This document shows, in pieces, positions 30,801 to 39,304 of a stretch of DNA of 64,000 nt. This stretch comes from Microcoleus sp. (GTDB lineage Bacteria; Cyanobacteriota; Cyanobacteriia; Cyanobacteriales; Microcoleaceae), in assembly GCA_052279835.1 (NCBI GenBank), contig CP181291.1, forward strand, positions 4,608,001 through 4,672,000, given 5' to 3'. The position numbers were made by a program, and so were the translations under genes. Each line of letters begins with the position of its first letter. Position 1 is the stretch's first letter. Under the pieces are notes generated by a model. That model saw only the letters and a list, made by a program, of their open reading frames with translations, was not told the DNA's origin and made no database searches.

Positions 30801-32559
30801 TTTGCTCCCATTCTAGCGATCGTTGAGACCATTTCGTATGATTCTGTAAGTGTTCTCGGTCTGTATCGAGGGTTCTGACCAATTGGTTGAAATTGGCATT
30901 GAAATCGCCATCGTTTTGATTGAAATCAATCCACTGAACTTTGGCTAACTCTGAGTGCAAGTCGGCTGAATTGACCGATCGATGCAGCAGGGTTACAAAC
31001 CGCTTATTCAAATTGGCAGCATACTCGACTTCCATCGCGCAATACGGCGAATTGACCGATTGCGGTGACAGAATAAATAAGAAATTATCGGACGATTGGA
31101 TGCCCTGCTCTATCTCTCGCGCAAAATCCGATCCCGATGCAATACTTTCTTGGTCGAACCAGGTCGTTTTTCCTTGTAGTTGCAGTTCGTTATTGAGCTT
31201 CCGGGCTAAATCTGAATCGGCACGAGAATAGGAAATAAACACATCGAGGGATTCTAAAGGCGGTTGCCGCAAACTTTCAGCGATAAACTCTTCGATTAAT
31301 GCTGTAGGAAGATACTGCACTCGTTTCTGTGCCACCTTCAACCACGCCTCGGCACTTCGTAAGTTATAGCCTCGCAGTAAAATACTGGGATTCTTATGCT
31401 GTCGCTCCCACTTCAAGGCTTGAGTTAGGAACACTTTATGCTCGTTATAGTAAGCCTCGTCTTGATGCAAAATCTTCAGCAATTGACTTTCATCGAGCAA
31501 GTAATCGTCTTCTTTTATATTGTCGGTGAGGTCGATATACTGCACACCCTGTAACGCCTTGGGGATTTCGTCTACTGACGTTTCCCGCACTAGAACGGGG
31601 ATAATTCGTTTCTGGAGCGATACGGCATACTCTAATTCTTTGCGAACATACTCGGATTTTACCGAGTCGGGCGAGAGCAGATAGACTAAATTATCGGTTT
31701 GTTCGATTCCCCGATCGATCGCACTCTGAAAATCTTCTCCGGTTTCAATATCGGTTTTATTCGTCCACACCGTCAAACTTTCTCGCCTCAGACTGCTGCG
31801 AATTTTCTCCATCGTTTCCCGATCCATATCGGAATAGGAGATAAACACGTGAGTCATCAAGTTGTTGCCATTCTTGATGCTTTCGGTAATATATTCGCAG
31901 TGCAAGTCCGTTGGAACGCAAGGTTGTTGTTCTTGTTTAAATCTAATTTTCAGCCAAGCTTCGGCTTGCTTTTTCTCGTCCCCAACTAACAGCCATCGAT
32001 TTTGTTTTTGCTGCCGTTCCCACTCCAAGGCTTTGGCTAAAAATTGCGTGTGCTGTTTTACATACTCGGCGTGGCGGTTTAGTAACTCTGTCAACCCGGC
32101 TAAAGATTTATCAAAATCATCGATTCCCTCGCGAAAATACACCCAGTTAATTTTGCCGATCGCCTGGTGCATATTATTAAAACTCGAATGCAATCCTTTG
32201 GCTTTGTAAGCTTCCCATTCTTCATCGGTTCCTGCGGGTTTTCGCTGCTGCCAAATGTTGCGATCGATCTGTTCGACGTGCAGTAAGGGAATTATCCGTT
32301 TGTTGCGCCGAATTGCCAGTTCGATTTCTTTGCCGCAATAGGGCGAGTTGATCGAATGCGGAGCGATAATAAATAAGAAGTTGTCCGCTTTATCGATGCC
32401 GTCGTCAATTTGATTTTGGAAATCGACTCCCAGGGGAATATCGTTTTGGTCGAACCAAATATTCAACCCTTGCTCTCGCAGGCGATCGTATAAAATTTTG
32501 CCGAAACCTAAGCTATCTGCGCGTCCGTAAGAGATAAAAGCATCATAAAATGTTGTCAT
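27850..32559 (-). CDS. Triple-TIR, TM, 14x WD40, TPR protein
   Basis: Three FISY-type TIR domains; hydrophobic helix; 14 GH..SPDG..W repeats; C-terminal TPR-like DSRGVARALTGD; start probably MTTFYD at 32559. Confidence 0.9.
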   Translation of the reverse strand: MTTFYDAFISYGRADSLGFGKILYDRLREQGLNIWFDQNDIPLGVDFQNQIDDGIDKADNFLFIIAPHSINSPYCGKEIELAIRRNKRIIPLLHVEQIDRNIWQQRKPAGTDEEWEAYKAKGLHSSFNNMHQAIGKINWVYFREGIDDFDKSLAGLTELLNRHAEYVKQHTQFLAKALEWERQQKQNRWLLVGDEKKQAEAWLKIRFKQEQQPCVPTDLHCEYITESIKNGNNLMTHVFISYSDMDRETMEKIRSSLRRESLTVWTNKTDIETGEDFQSAIDRGIEQTDNLVYLLSPDSVKSEYVRKELEYAVSLQKRIIPVLVRETSVDEIPKALQGVQYIDLTDNIKEDDYLLDESQLLKILHQDEAYYNEHKVFLTQALKWERQHKNPSILLRGYNLRSAEAWLKVAQKRVQYLPTALIEEFIAESLRQPPLESLDVFISYSRADSDLARKLNNELQLQGKTTWFDQESIASGSDFAREIEQGIQSSDNFLFILSPQSVNSPYCAMEVEYAANLNKRFVTLLHRSVNSADLHSELAKVQWIDFNQNDGDFNANFNQLVRTLDTDREHLQNHTKWSQRSLEWEQKNKTNDLLLRGSELAIAEAWLKDIQTQKKQPVATELQKAYIAKSSGFKRQNKMLLTGAAVGAIGIMTLATIVTTKLWLDAQKQTKIAEEQTKIARLDENAGRVQSLLDADPLEALILAIKATGESNSASPEVRQETFAEIKSSLRDATGDARERNLLKGQAGGVNSLALSPDGKILASAGKDGTIRLWDTSGYPIGQPLDPLTNGPIIALYAVAFSPDGKRIVSGGADGTIRLWDISGKLISQSFKGHQGNVWSIRFSPDGKTIVSSGEDKTVRLWDTSGNPVGQPFKGHRGGIRSIALSPDGKTIVSGGKDKTVRLWTRQGQPIGKPLTGHEDEVASVAFSPNGKTIASGSNDGRIRLWDTSGKLITQPFIGHEGAPIGSLVFSPTGRAIVSGGSDGTISVWNLRGNSMLSHPLIGHVGAVSSVALSPDGKTIFSSDDKGLIRLWDTHGYLIGQPFTGHDYGVYSAAFSPDGKTIVSGSADKTLRLWDTSGNPIGQPFKGHQGIVFSVAWSPDGKTIVSGSEDKTLRLWDRSGHPIGQPFKGHQALVGAVAWSPDGKTIVSGSDDKTLRLWDRSGNPIGQPFEGHTNWVMSVAWSPDGKTIVSGNYGDGKVRLWDTSGNPIGQPFEGHKDGVYSAVFSPDGKTIVSGSRDNTLRLWDLSGKPIGQPFKGHTNSIYSVKFSPDGKTIASGSYDKNIRLWDTSGQPIGQFLKGHTRSVTSVAFSPDGKTIISGSTDGTLRLWRVGTWQDWLKSACNRLILHPVLVAPETLLIRDAEMLSVAKEAGKTCQTSAWNDAENAQFLVNRGRSIAWQGDVSQAIATFQQAQKLLPRLEVPAQDRIKQWAAEGSIETGENLVQEGKVQEALDAFEKAKQFEATWKIPQQSWHTLCWYGALHGAAHEGAKAVIAACDTAVALAPGNVGVRDSRGVARALTGDTTGAIEDFQAFIQGTDWAEGKKQRQAWIDALKKGENPFTQKEIQRFSER

Positions 32560-33034
32560 ATCTATAACAGGGAAAGAGGGGACTGGGAACGGGAAACAGG
32601 GAACAGAGTCATTATCATAATTCAATCCAACAATTTTACAGTGGATATTGTATGTTAGTGATGTGAAAATTTATCGAGCTGGGGTTAATACCTACCGATA
32701 ATTCATGTCATCTGAGACTGAAATTATTGCCGTTTCGTTACGCGACATGAAACGCCTAGCGTGTCGCAGGCATAGCTGAATACTTAGGAATGGGAAATCG
32801 CGAACAGACTCTTGCCTCGATCGAAGGTCGGGTATAAATTGGGTTATACCATCCGATAGTGTTACCCCCTCTAGGGTTGGGCTGCCTTCGATCTGCAAAA
32901 CTGCATATGTCACGGGAATCCAGCCGTTCGTTAGAGTCGCTCGGATTGTCGCCTCGTGAAATAAAGGGGGTGAACAACTCGGATTTACCAGCCACGATGC
33001 GGATCTAAACAACATAGCGCCAACAGAAACCCAC

Positions 33035-34507
33035 ATGGCAAAAAAGCTCACATATTACGACTACCTGCGCCAAGAAATGACCGATATGGTCGAGCAACTG
33101 GAGATACCAGATCTTTGCAAACAGTCGCTCAAAAGTCGCTGGCTCGATCAAGTGGTTTGGGCGGATAAAAAAGCCGAACAATGCCGACGCTGGCACTATC
33201 GCTTGCGCCTGACGACGATCGTGGGTGGGGTAGTGTTGCCTGCCCTAGTTGGAATTAACTTTCAACTGGGCAAAGATAATGAATACTTTCGCATTTGGTT
33301 TCCTTACGTCCCTTTTGTCTTGAGCCAAGTTATCGCAGTCAGTGCGGCAACGGAAGAATTTTTGCGCTTTGGCGATCGCTGGCGCGAGTACCGACAACTA
33401 GCCGAAGATCTCAAAGCAGAAGGCTGGGAATACCTGCAATTGAGCGGCCCCTATCGCTACAAAACCCATGAAGAAGACGATAGTCCGCCTCCCCTGTCGC
33501 GCAGTCGGATGTCCGAAGTCAATGTCGAAGACTGGAAAGCCCTCAAACCGCCGACTGAGAATAAGGAATCTACAACCCACCAAGATGTCTATACCCTGTT
33601 TGCAGGTCGGATCGAAAGTCTGATTAAGAATGACGTACAAAGCTATATCGCGACGTTGCAACAAAAACAGGCTAAGGAGCAAGAGCAAATCAAGCAAATC
33701 CTGACAACCGCCGAGAAGGTTTCCACCGATAAAACCTTGTTTGCACAGCGCACTCCTGGGCCTCAACTGCCGCCTTACGGGGCTGCCAACCCCCCTAACA
33801 ATGGCTTTGGAGCAATGGGAATCCCAGCGCAACCTGCTGCGTTCAATGCTCCAGGAAACGCTACAGGGTACGCGATCGCACCAGTCCCCCCTCAGAATAC
33901 CCCGATGCCGCCGCAAACCGCGTTCGCCCAACCTCCCGCCCCCTTTGCACCCGCACCCGCACCGAGTGCCCCAATGCCTCAGCCGACTGTTGCCCAGCCT
34001 CCCGCCGCGTTTGCGCCTCCACCCGCACCGATGCCAATGGCTTTTGCCCAGCCTCCTGCGGCATTGGCAGCAGCCCCCTCTGCCAGCGAGCCGGTGCAGC
34101 AAACCGCGATCGCCGACCTGAATGCTCGCATCCTCGCTTCCACCCTCAAACTGCGGGGAATGTCTACGGCCGACGGCCCTGATGGCGGCAACAACGCCTG
34201 CGCCTGGACGGTCAACAAAGTCATGCAGGATGCAGGTCTCAGCCCACTTGGCAGCAATCCCAATTACGTTCCCGCAGTCCTGGACGCGCTCAAACAAGGG
34301 CGAGGACAACTGGTGTCGAGAGAATCGTCGAAAGCGGGCGATTTGGTGGTTGCGAATGGGGAAGCACACATTGGGATTGGACTGACCGATTGTTGCAGTC
34401 GAGTCCTCTCCAACTCATCCTCTAGAGCTTGCTTTTTGTGGGAAAGCGATACGGATTTTGACGGCTACTACGGTGGACAGAGTAACATTTACCGCTTGAA
34501 AAGTTGA
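33035..34507 (+). CDS. DUF4231/SLATT membrane domain fused via a Pro/Ala linker to an NlpC/P60/CHAP-like Cys-His domain
   Basis: RWLDQVVW..YRLRLTTIVGGVVLPALV..RWREYR..AEDLK.EGW; C-terminal NACAWTVN..GD...HIGI..SNSS. Confidence 0.8.
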   Translation: MAKKLTYYDYLRQEMTDMVEQLEIPDLCKQSLKSRWLDQVVWADKKAEQCRRWHYRLRLTTIVGGVVLPALVGINFQLGKDNEYFRIWFPYVPFVLSQVIAVSAATEEFLRFGDRWREYRQLAEDLKAEGWEYLQLSGPYRYKTHEEDDSPPPLSRSRMSEVNVEDWKALKPPTENKESTTHQDVYTLFAGRIESLIKNDVQSYIATLQQKQAKEQEQIKQILTTAEKVSTDKTLFAQRTPGPQLPPYGAANPPNNGFGAMGIPAQPAAFNAPGNATGYAIAPVPPQNTPMPPQTAFAQPPAPFAPAPAPSAPMPQPTVAQPPAAFAPPPAPMPMAFAQPPAALAAAPSASEPVQQTAIADLNARILASTLKLRGMSTADGPDGGNNACAWTVNKVMQDAGLSPLGSNPNYVPAVLDALKQGRGQLVSRESSKAGDLVVANGEAHIGIGLTDCCSRVLSNSSSRACFLWESDTDFDGYYGGQSNIYRLKS

Positions 34508-34710
34508 AAGTTGAAAATTAATCATGCTGACTGGGTTGAGTGTCGGAAATCCGGGACTGAATGCCTCCTCCAAAAATTAAGCTCTTCAGTGTCTGTCTCT
34601 AGCTATGATTTTCTGATGAGCATCTCGATCGACCTAAAAGATGTCGCATATGCGGATTTTGCCTAACCTCAGATGTACCCCAACCCTCTACTCTCTAACA
34701 GAACATCCCG

Positions 34711-36981
34711 ATGGCTAAGAAAAAGACCTACGAACAATACCTGCGCGAAGAGTTGGGAAGCTTAGTCGAACAGTTGAAACTCCCCAACCTCTACAAACAG
34801 TCGCTCAAACAGCGCTGGATCGATCAGGTAGTGTGGGCGGATAAAAAAGCGGATCAGTGCCGCCGGATGCACTACCGATTGCGTCTGACGACGATTATTA
34901 GCGGGGTGGTGCTGCCTGCTCTGGTGGGGATTAATATGCAACTGTCTAAAGATAATGCCTTCTTCCGCGATTGGTTTCCTTACGTCCCCTTTTTCTTAAG
35001 TCAGGTGATTGCCGTCAGTGCGGCGCTAGATGAGTTTCATCGCTATGGCGATCGCTGGCGAGATTATCGCAAAATGGCAGAAGACCTCAAGACTGAAGGC
35101 TGGCAGTACGTCCAATTGAGTGGTTCCTACGACAACCTGCCCGACCATATCGACGGCTATGCGAACTTTGCCAGCCGGGTAGAAAGTATCATCAAGAACG
35201 ACGTACAAAACTACATCGCGACGTTGCAGCAACAGCAAGCCAAAGAAAACGAGCAAATCAAGCAAATTATTAAGACAGCCAACACTGTCGCCACCGATAA
35301 AACCCTGTTCGATCGACCCCAACCCGTCCGGCCCCCCCAACAGCAACAGCAACAGCTTTGGGGGACTCCGGCTCCCGCCCTTCCTGCTGCTGGGGCTGCG
35401 GGCATTCTCCAAGTTCGCCAGAATACCGAATTCAAGCTCAGTCCCCAACATTCATCATTGTTGCCCGATAACTATAAGATTTGGGTCGGTGGTGGCAACA
35501 GCTTTGGCTTGATGTCCTATGCTCAAGCTGACAACAATCACCTGCAAGTGGCGATCGATCGCGGACTCGGCCCTGAAAACCGCAACGTCTGGTTTGTCAG
35601 CGCACCCGATGTCGCGATCGTTGGCAATAACGGGTCTAGTGCCGCCAATTTGATGATGCCCTCTGCTGCGCCAGCACCGATGATGGGTGCAACGGCCCCC
35701 GCTCCCAGCCCGATGATGGCGACCTCTGCTGCTCCAGCACCGATGATGGGCGCAACGACCCCCGCCCCAAGTCCGATGATGAGCGCTCCTCCGGCTCCCT
35801 CTGCCCCGGCGGCAAGCAACGGCGCAATTCAACTTCCCGTTCCCTTTTTCTCCCAACGAGACAATATGGAGCAACCCTACCGAACTTGCAATACCTCCAG
35901 TTGTGCGATGGTGGCTAAGTTCCTGGGTGCAAACATTTCCGGGGATGACAATTACTTCCAGTACGTGATTAAGTATGGCGATACCACCGACCATAGCGCC
36001 CAAACTCAGGCGCTGGCAGAACTGAAAATTCAATCAACCTGGAATACCAATCTCGATTTTGACGATCTGGATAAATCGCTAGCCAGTGGACTGCCTGCTG
36101 TCATCGGTATTCTGCATCACGGGCCACCGGAAGCACCTTCTGGCGGACATATGATTGTGGCGATCGGTCGCACGGCAGGCGGCGATTACATTATCAACGA
36201 TCCCTTCGGCAATTTGTTGGACGGCTACGCTTCTGAAGATGGCGGCGGATTGACCTATTCTCGCCGGGAATTGACCTGTCGCTGGACGGCAGATGGTCCG
36301 AAAACCGGCTGGGGACGGCTGTTTTACGGCAATAACCCACCGGGTACATCCGCCCAAACAGCACCCGCTCAAACAGCACCCGCTCAAACAGCACCCGCTC
36401 AAACGGCTCAAACTCCTACGGCTACGGCTGGGAGTCCGACGGCAAGCACCCAATATATGACGGCCGAGCAACTGATTCAGATTGCCGGATCGAAGGCACC
36501 GAGCGATCGCCTGCGCCAACTGGCTTCCAGCGTCAACAACGTTCTCAATTACTACGAGATTAATACGCCCCTGCGGATCTGCCATTTCATCGCTCAGGTG
36601 GCTCACGAGTCGGACTGTTTCAATGCGATGGAAGAATATGCTTCTGGTGAAGACTACGAGGGACGGGACGATTTGGGCAACACCCAACCGGGCGACGGCG
36701 CACGCTTTAAGGGACGGGGGTTAATGCAACTGACCGGAAGAGCGAACTATGCGGAGTTTTCTAAGGCAATGGATCAGGATTATATCGCTCAACCCCAACT
36801 CGTCGGACAGATTCCGGTTGCGATTTGGGTCGCAGGCTGGTACTGGGATACCCGACACCTCAACGACTATGCCGATCGAGATGACCTCGAAGCAGTCACC
36901 TTGCGCGTGAATGGGGGTTACAACGGCCTCGAAGATCGGCGGGATTATTTGCAAAAAGCGAAGTCAGTGCTGCGTGCCTAA
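34711..36981 (+). CDS. DUF4231/SLATT + SH3-like + C39-like peptidase + GH19 lysozyme/chitinase fusion
   Basis: Same N-domain as the upstream gene; VPFFSQRDN..CNTSSCAM..GGHMIV..NDPFG; HFIAQVAHES..FKGRGLMQLTGRANY..NGGYNG. Confidence 0.85.
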   Translation: MAKKKTYEQYLREELGSLVEQLKLPNLYKQSLKQRWIDQVVWADKKADQCRRMHYRLRLTTIISGVVLPALVGINMQLSKDNAFFRDWFPYVPFFLSQVIAVSAALDEFHRYGDRWRDYRKMAEDLKTEGWQYVQLSGSYDNLPDHIDGYANFASRVESIIKNDVQNYIATLQQQQAKENEQIKQIIKTANTVATDKTLFDRPQPVRPPQQQQQQLWGTPAPALPAAGAAGILQVRQNTEFKLSPQHSSLLPDNYKIWVGGGNSFGLMSYAQADNNHLQVAIDRGLGPENRNVWFVSAPDVAIVGNNGSSAANLMMPSAAPAPMMGATAPAPSPMMATSAAPAPMMGATTPAPSPMMSAPPAPSAPAASNGAIQLPVPFFSQRDNMEQPYRTCNTSSCAMVAKFLGANISGDDNYFQYVIKYGDTTDHSAQTQALAELKIQSTWNTNLDFDDLDKSLASGLPAVIGILHHGPPEAPSGGHMIVAIGRTAGGDYIINDPFGNLLDGYASEDGGGLTYSRRELTCRWTADGPKTGWGRLFYGNNPPGTSAQTAPAQTAPAQTAPAQTAQTPTATAGSPTASTQYMTAEQLIQIAGSKAPSDRLRQLASSVNNVLNYYEINTPLRICHFIAQVAHESDCFNAMEEYASGEDYEGRDDLGNTQPGDGARFKGRGLMQLTGRANYAEFSKAMDQDYIAQPQLVGQIPVAIWVAGWYWDTRHLNDYADRDDLEAVTLRVNGGYNGLEDRRDYLQKAKSVLRA

Positions 36982-37037
36982 CTGGCGATCGCTCGAACAA
37001 GCTGATACGAATCAGCAACTCTCTGTCGATCTCGATT

Positions 37038-37280
37038 CTATCCATCAAGCTCGTTGGGATAACCAAATTGGTCTGGTAATTCAGCAGAAGTAATTTGCAG
37101 AATCTCTAGCAACTTCTTGTATTGAACAGGCGTTAGTTTGGGTACGGATCGCCCAGATTCCCAGTTCCTTACCGTCGCTTCCGTAACTCCAAGTCCTTCC
37201 GCTAGCTGCTTTTGAGTCAAAAACCGCTGAACTCTCAGTCGCATTAGGGGCGATCGCTCTGCTCTTTCTGAGACTTCCAT
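37038..37280 (-). CDS. XRE-family HTH regulator
   Basis: LTQKQLAEGLGVTEATVRNWESG. Confidence 0.9.
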   Translation of the reverse strand: MEVSERAERSPLMRLRVQRFLTQKQLAEGLGVTEATVRNWESGRSVPKLTPVQYKKLLEILQITSAELPDQFGYPNELDG

Positions 37281-37494
37281 AGGCTATTCGTTACTTTATG
37301 TTAAATAATGCACGCTTTTATTAAATAAATTGACGTATACCGTTATTTGATTTACGCTTAATCAATAGAGATTAGACAGCACCAGCTAAGCCACTTGTGC
37401 TGTAGGGGAATTGCTGTCTTTTCTTCAATTTGTTATTGTACGCGGTTTTACCGTGACAAAGCATCAAATCTATCCAAAATTATTCATCAAAGCT

Positions 37495-37758
37495 ATGTTG
37501 CAAGATTCATCATCGAACCAAACATCGCCCCATGTTTTAACCAACCAAACCTTTGAGGGCGATCGCGAAGCAGTCCGTCATATTATCATCGGTTCACCGC
37601 TGGGAGTACGCCACACAATCCACCAACTCCATGCAGCGCGGTATGCAGAGGTTTCGCGTTGGACTCATGCGATCGCGATTCCGGACGATCGCATCATCAT
37701 TACACCAGAACAAGGAGAAATCATGAGTTTGTTGGTTAAATTAATCCGGTTGGAATGA
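37495..37758 (+). CDS. Small cyanobacterial hypothetical protein, divergent from XRE
   Basis: REAVRHIIIGSP..TIHQLH...YAE...W. Confidence 0.65.
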   Translation: MLQDSSSNQTSPHVLTNQTFEGDREAVRHIIIGSPLGVRHTIHQLHAARYAEVSRWTHAIAIPDDRIIITPEQGEIMSLLVKLIRLE

Positions 37759-37921
37759 AGTTAGGAGTTACGCAAGTCTCTAATCTGTAGGGTGCGTCGC
37801 TGTGAGATGTTCAATAGAACTTGCAGATTGTAGATGGCGACGCACCGATCCGATATTAGAAACCGAATAAGAAGGCGAAGCGCCTACATCAGTGGTTAAA
37901 AAATAAAAACATCAATCAACG

Positions 37922-38381
37922 GGAATATTACCTAACTCAGATACAAAGACTGCCAGCAAGTAAAATATGGCATAGTATAGATAGATATTCATTTCATAGC
38001 ATCCCACCTATGACTGCCAAAATCACCCTAAACTTGTCCGATGAAGTCTATCACCAAGCAGAATTACTAGCGCAGCAATGCCACCGCAGCGTCAGTGAAA
38101 TTTTAGTAGAAACTATGGAAAATTTTCTCTTACCAACCGCTAAACCAGTATCAGCATTGTCCGACCCGGAAGTAATCGCTTTAACTCAACTCCGGTTGCA
38201 ACCAGTCCAAGAACAACGATTGAGTGAATTATTAGAACATCAACAATGCGGTACAATTACTAAATTTGAATGTGAAGAATTGCAGGCATTAATTCATATT
38301 TATGAAGCTCGACTACTGAGACAAGCTCAAGCCTTGAATGAATCTGTGCGGCGCGGCTTGCTCGAACCATTACAAGGATAA
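37922..38381 (+). repeat. Direct repeat copy 1 (~460 bp)
   Basis: Near-identical to 42307-42762, including the upstream non-coding region. Confidence 0.92.
38010..38381 (+). CDS. Antitoxin-like protein (RHH-like N-terminus), copy 1
   Basis: ITLNLSDEVY.QAE..A; LSDPEV; QRLSELL. Confidence 0.7.
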   Translation: MTAKITLNLSDEVYHQAELLAQQCHRSVSEILVETMENFLLPTAKPVSALSDPEVIALTQLRLQPVQEQRLSELLEHQQCGTITKFECEELQALIHIYEARLLRQAQALNESVRRGLLEPLQG

Positions 38382-38515
38382 TCTGACAGGGCGTGTGGAG
38401 TTTATTTAAGACTAACGATCGCACTTCCACAAAAGACCGAATCGCCCTTCCCCAAAAAAGCGATGAGCTTGACAAAAACGCAAAACATTTGGTAATATGA
38501 ATAAGATGAATATAA

Positions 38516-38746
38516 ATGGAAATTTTAATTATGCCAATTGCACAATTATTTCCTCTGCTCGGTCATTTATCCCGTGTGGATAAATTAAGAGTAATAGAAT
38601 TTTTGGTTTCTGAGTTAGCAAAAGAAGAAGATTTGGCTAACTTAGAGTCTAAAGATAATTATTTTGAGATGTTGCATAATTCCGATGAAGGAGCGCGTCA
38701 ATTAGCACAGTTTTTAGAGGAACAAAAGCAACTGCAAAATGCTTAA
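38516..38746 (+). CDS. Small antitoxin-like protein
   Basis: LSRVDKLRVIEFLVSELA; overlaps the next ORF by 8 nt. Confidence 0.6.
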   Translation: MEILIMPIAQLFPLLGHLSRVDKLRVIEFLVSELAKEEDLANLESKDNYFEMLHNSDEGARQLAQFLEEQKQLQNA

Positions 38747-39161
38747 TGGTGAAAAATACTCTTTTGCCTCTCGATTCGATCGCTTTGGCGAGGTATCTTA
38801 TGCCCCTTATTTACCGATAAGATTAAGCTATCGGAGCCAGTCGATTGAGGTGATGGGGTTGCTGGATACGGGGGCAAGTATGAATGTTTTGCCTTCTGAA
38901 ATTGGTTTACAATTAGGGGCAGTTTGGGATGAACAAACTTTTATTATTTCTTTGTCTGGAAATCTGGCAAATATCGAGGCTAGGGCTTTGTTGTTGTCAG
39001 GGACAGTCAGCAGGTTTGCATCAGTTAACTTGGCTTTTGCTTGGACTAGACAAAGAAATATGCCACTCATTTTAGGAAGGTTAAATTTTTTGGCTGAATT
39101 TGATGTTTGTTTTTATGTATCTGAACTAGGGTTTGAAATTGCGCCTAAGCAATCTCACTAA
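38739..39161 (+). CDS. Retropepsin-like aspartyl protease
   Basis: GLLDTGAS and ILGR motifs. Confidence 0.75.
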   Translation: MLNGEKYSFASRFDRFGEVSYAPYLPIRLSYRSQSIEVMGLLDTGASMNVLPSEIGLQLGAVWDEQTFIISLSGNLANIEARALLLSGTVSRFASVNLAFAWTRQRNMPLILGRLNFLAEFDVCFYVSELGFEIAPKQSH

Positions 39162-39220
39162 TAGGTAGTTATAAGCGATCGCCCTTTCATACAAAAAAGC
39201 GATCGCACTTATCGGTTGGG

Positions 39221-39280
39221 GAGGGCGGGTTTATTAAGATTATTGGTGGGTGGCAAAAATCATGGGTGAACCCGCCCTAC
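39221..39280. repeat. GTAG-type REP-like inverted repeat
   Basis: AGGGCGGGTT...AACCCGCCCTAC. Confidence 0.7.
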
Positions 39281-39304
39281 AAATTTTATTCAATATCGAG
39301 GCCC

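Noticed and set aside
32560..32625. N-terminal extension of the TIR ORF (SVPCFPFPVPSFP)
   Set aside because: Derived from GGGAACA-type heptamer repeats; true start is probably 32559
32675..32980. c-di-AMP riboswitch-like words (GGGGTTAAT, GCTGAAT, GGGGTGAA) upstream of the hydrolase genes
   Set aside because: Order and spacing do not fit the ydaO consensus as I recall it; an Infernal search would be needed
33398..36687. Long antisense ORFs (323, 192 and 202 aa)
   Set aside because: Opposite strand of GC-rich genes with clear domains; no motifs of their own
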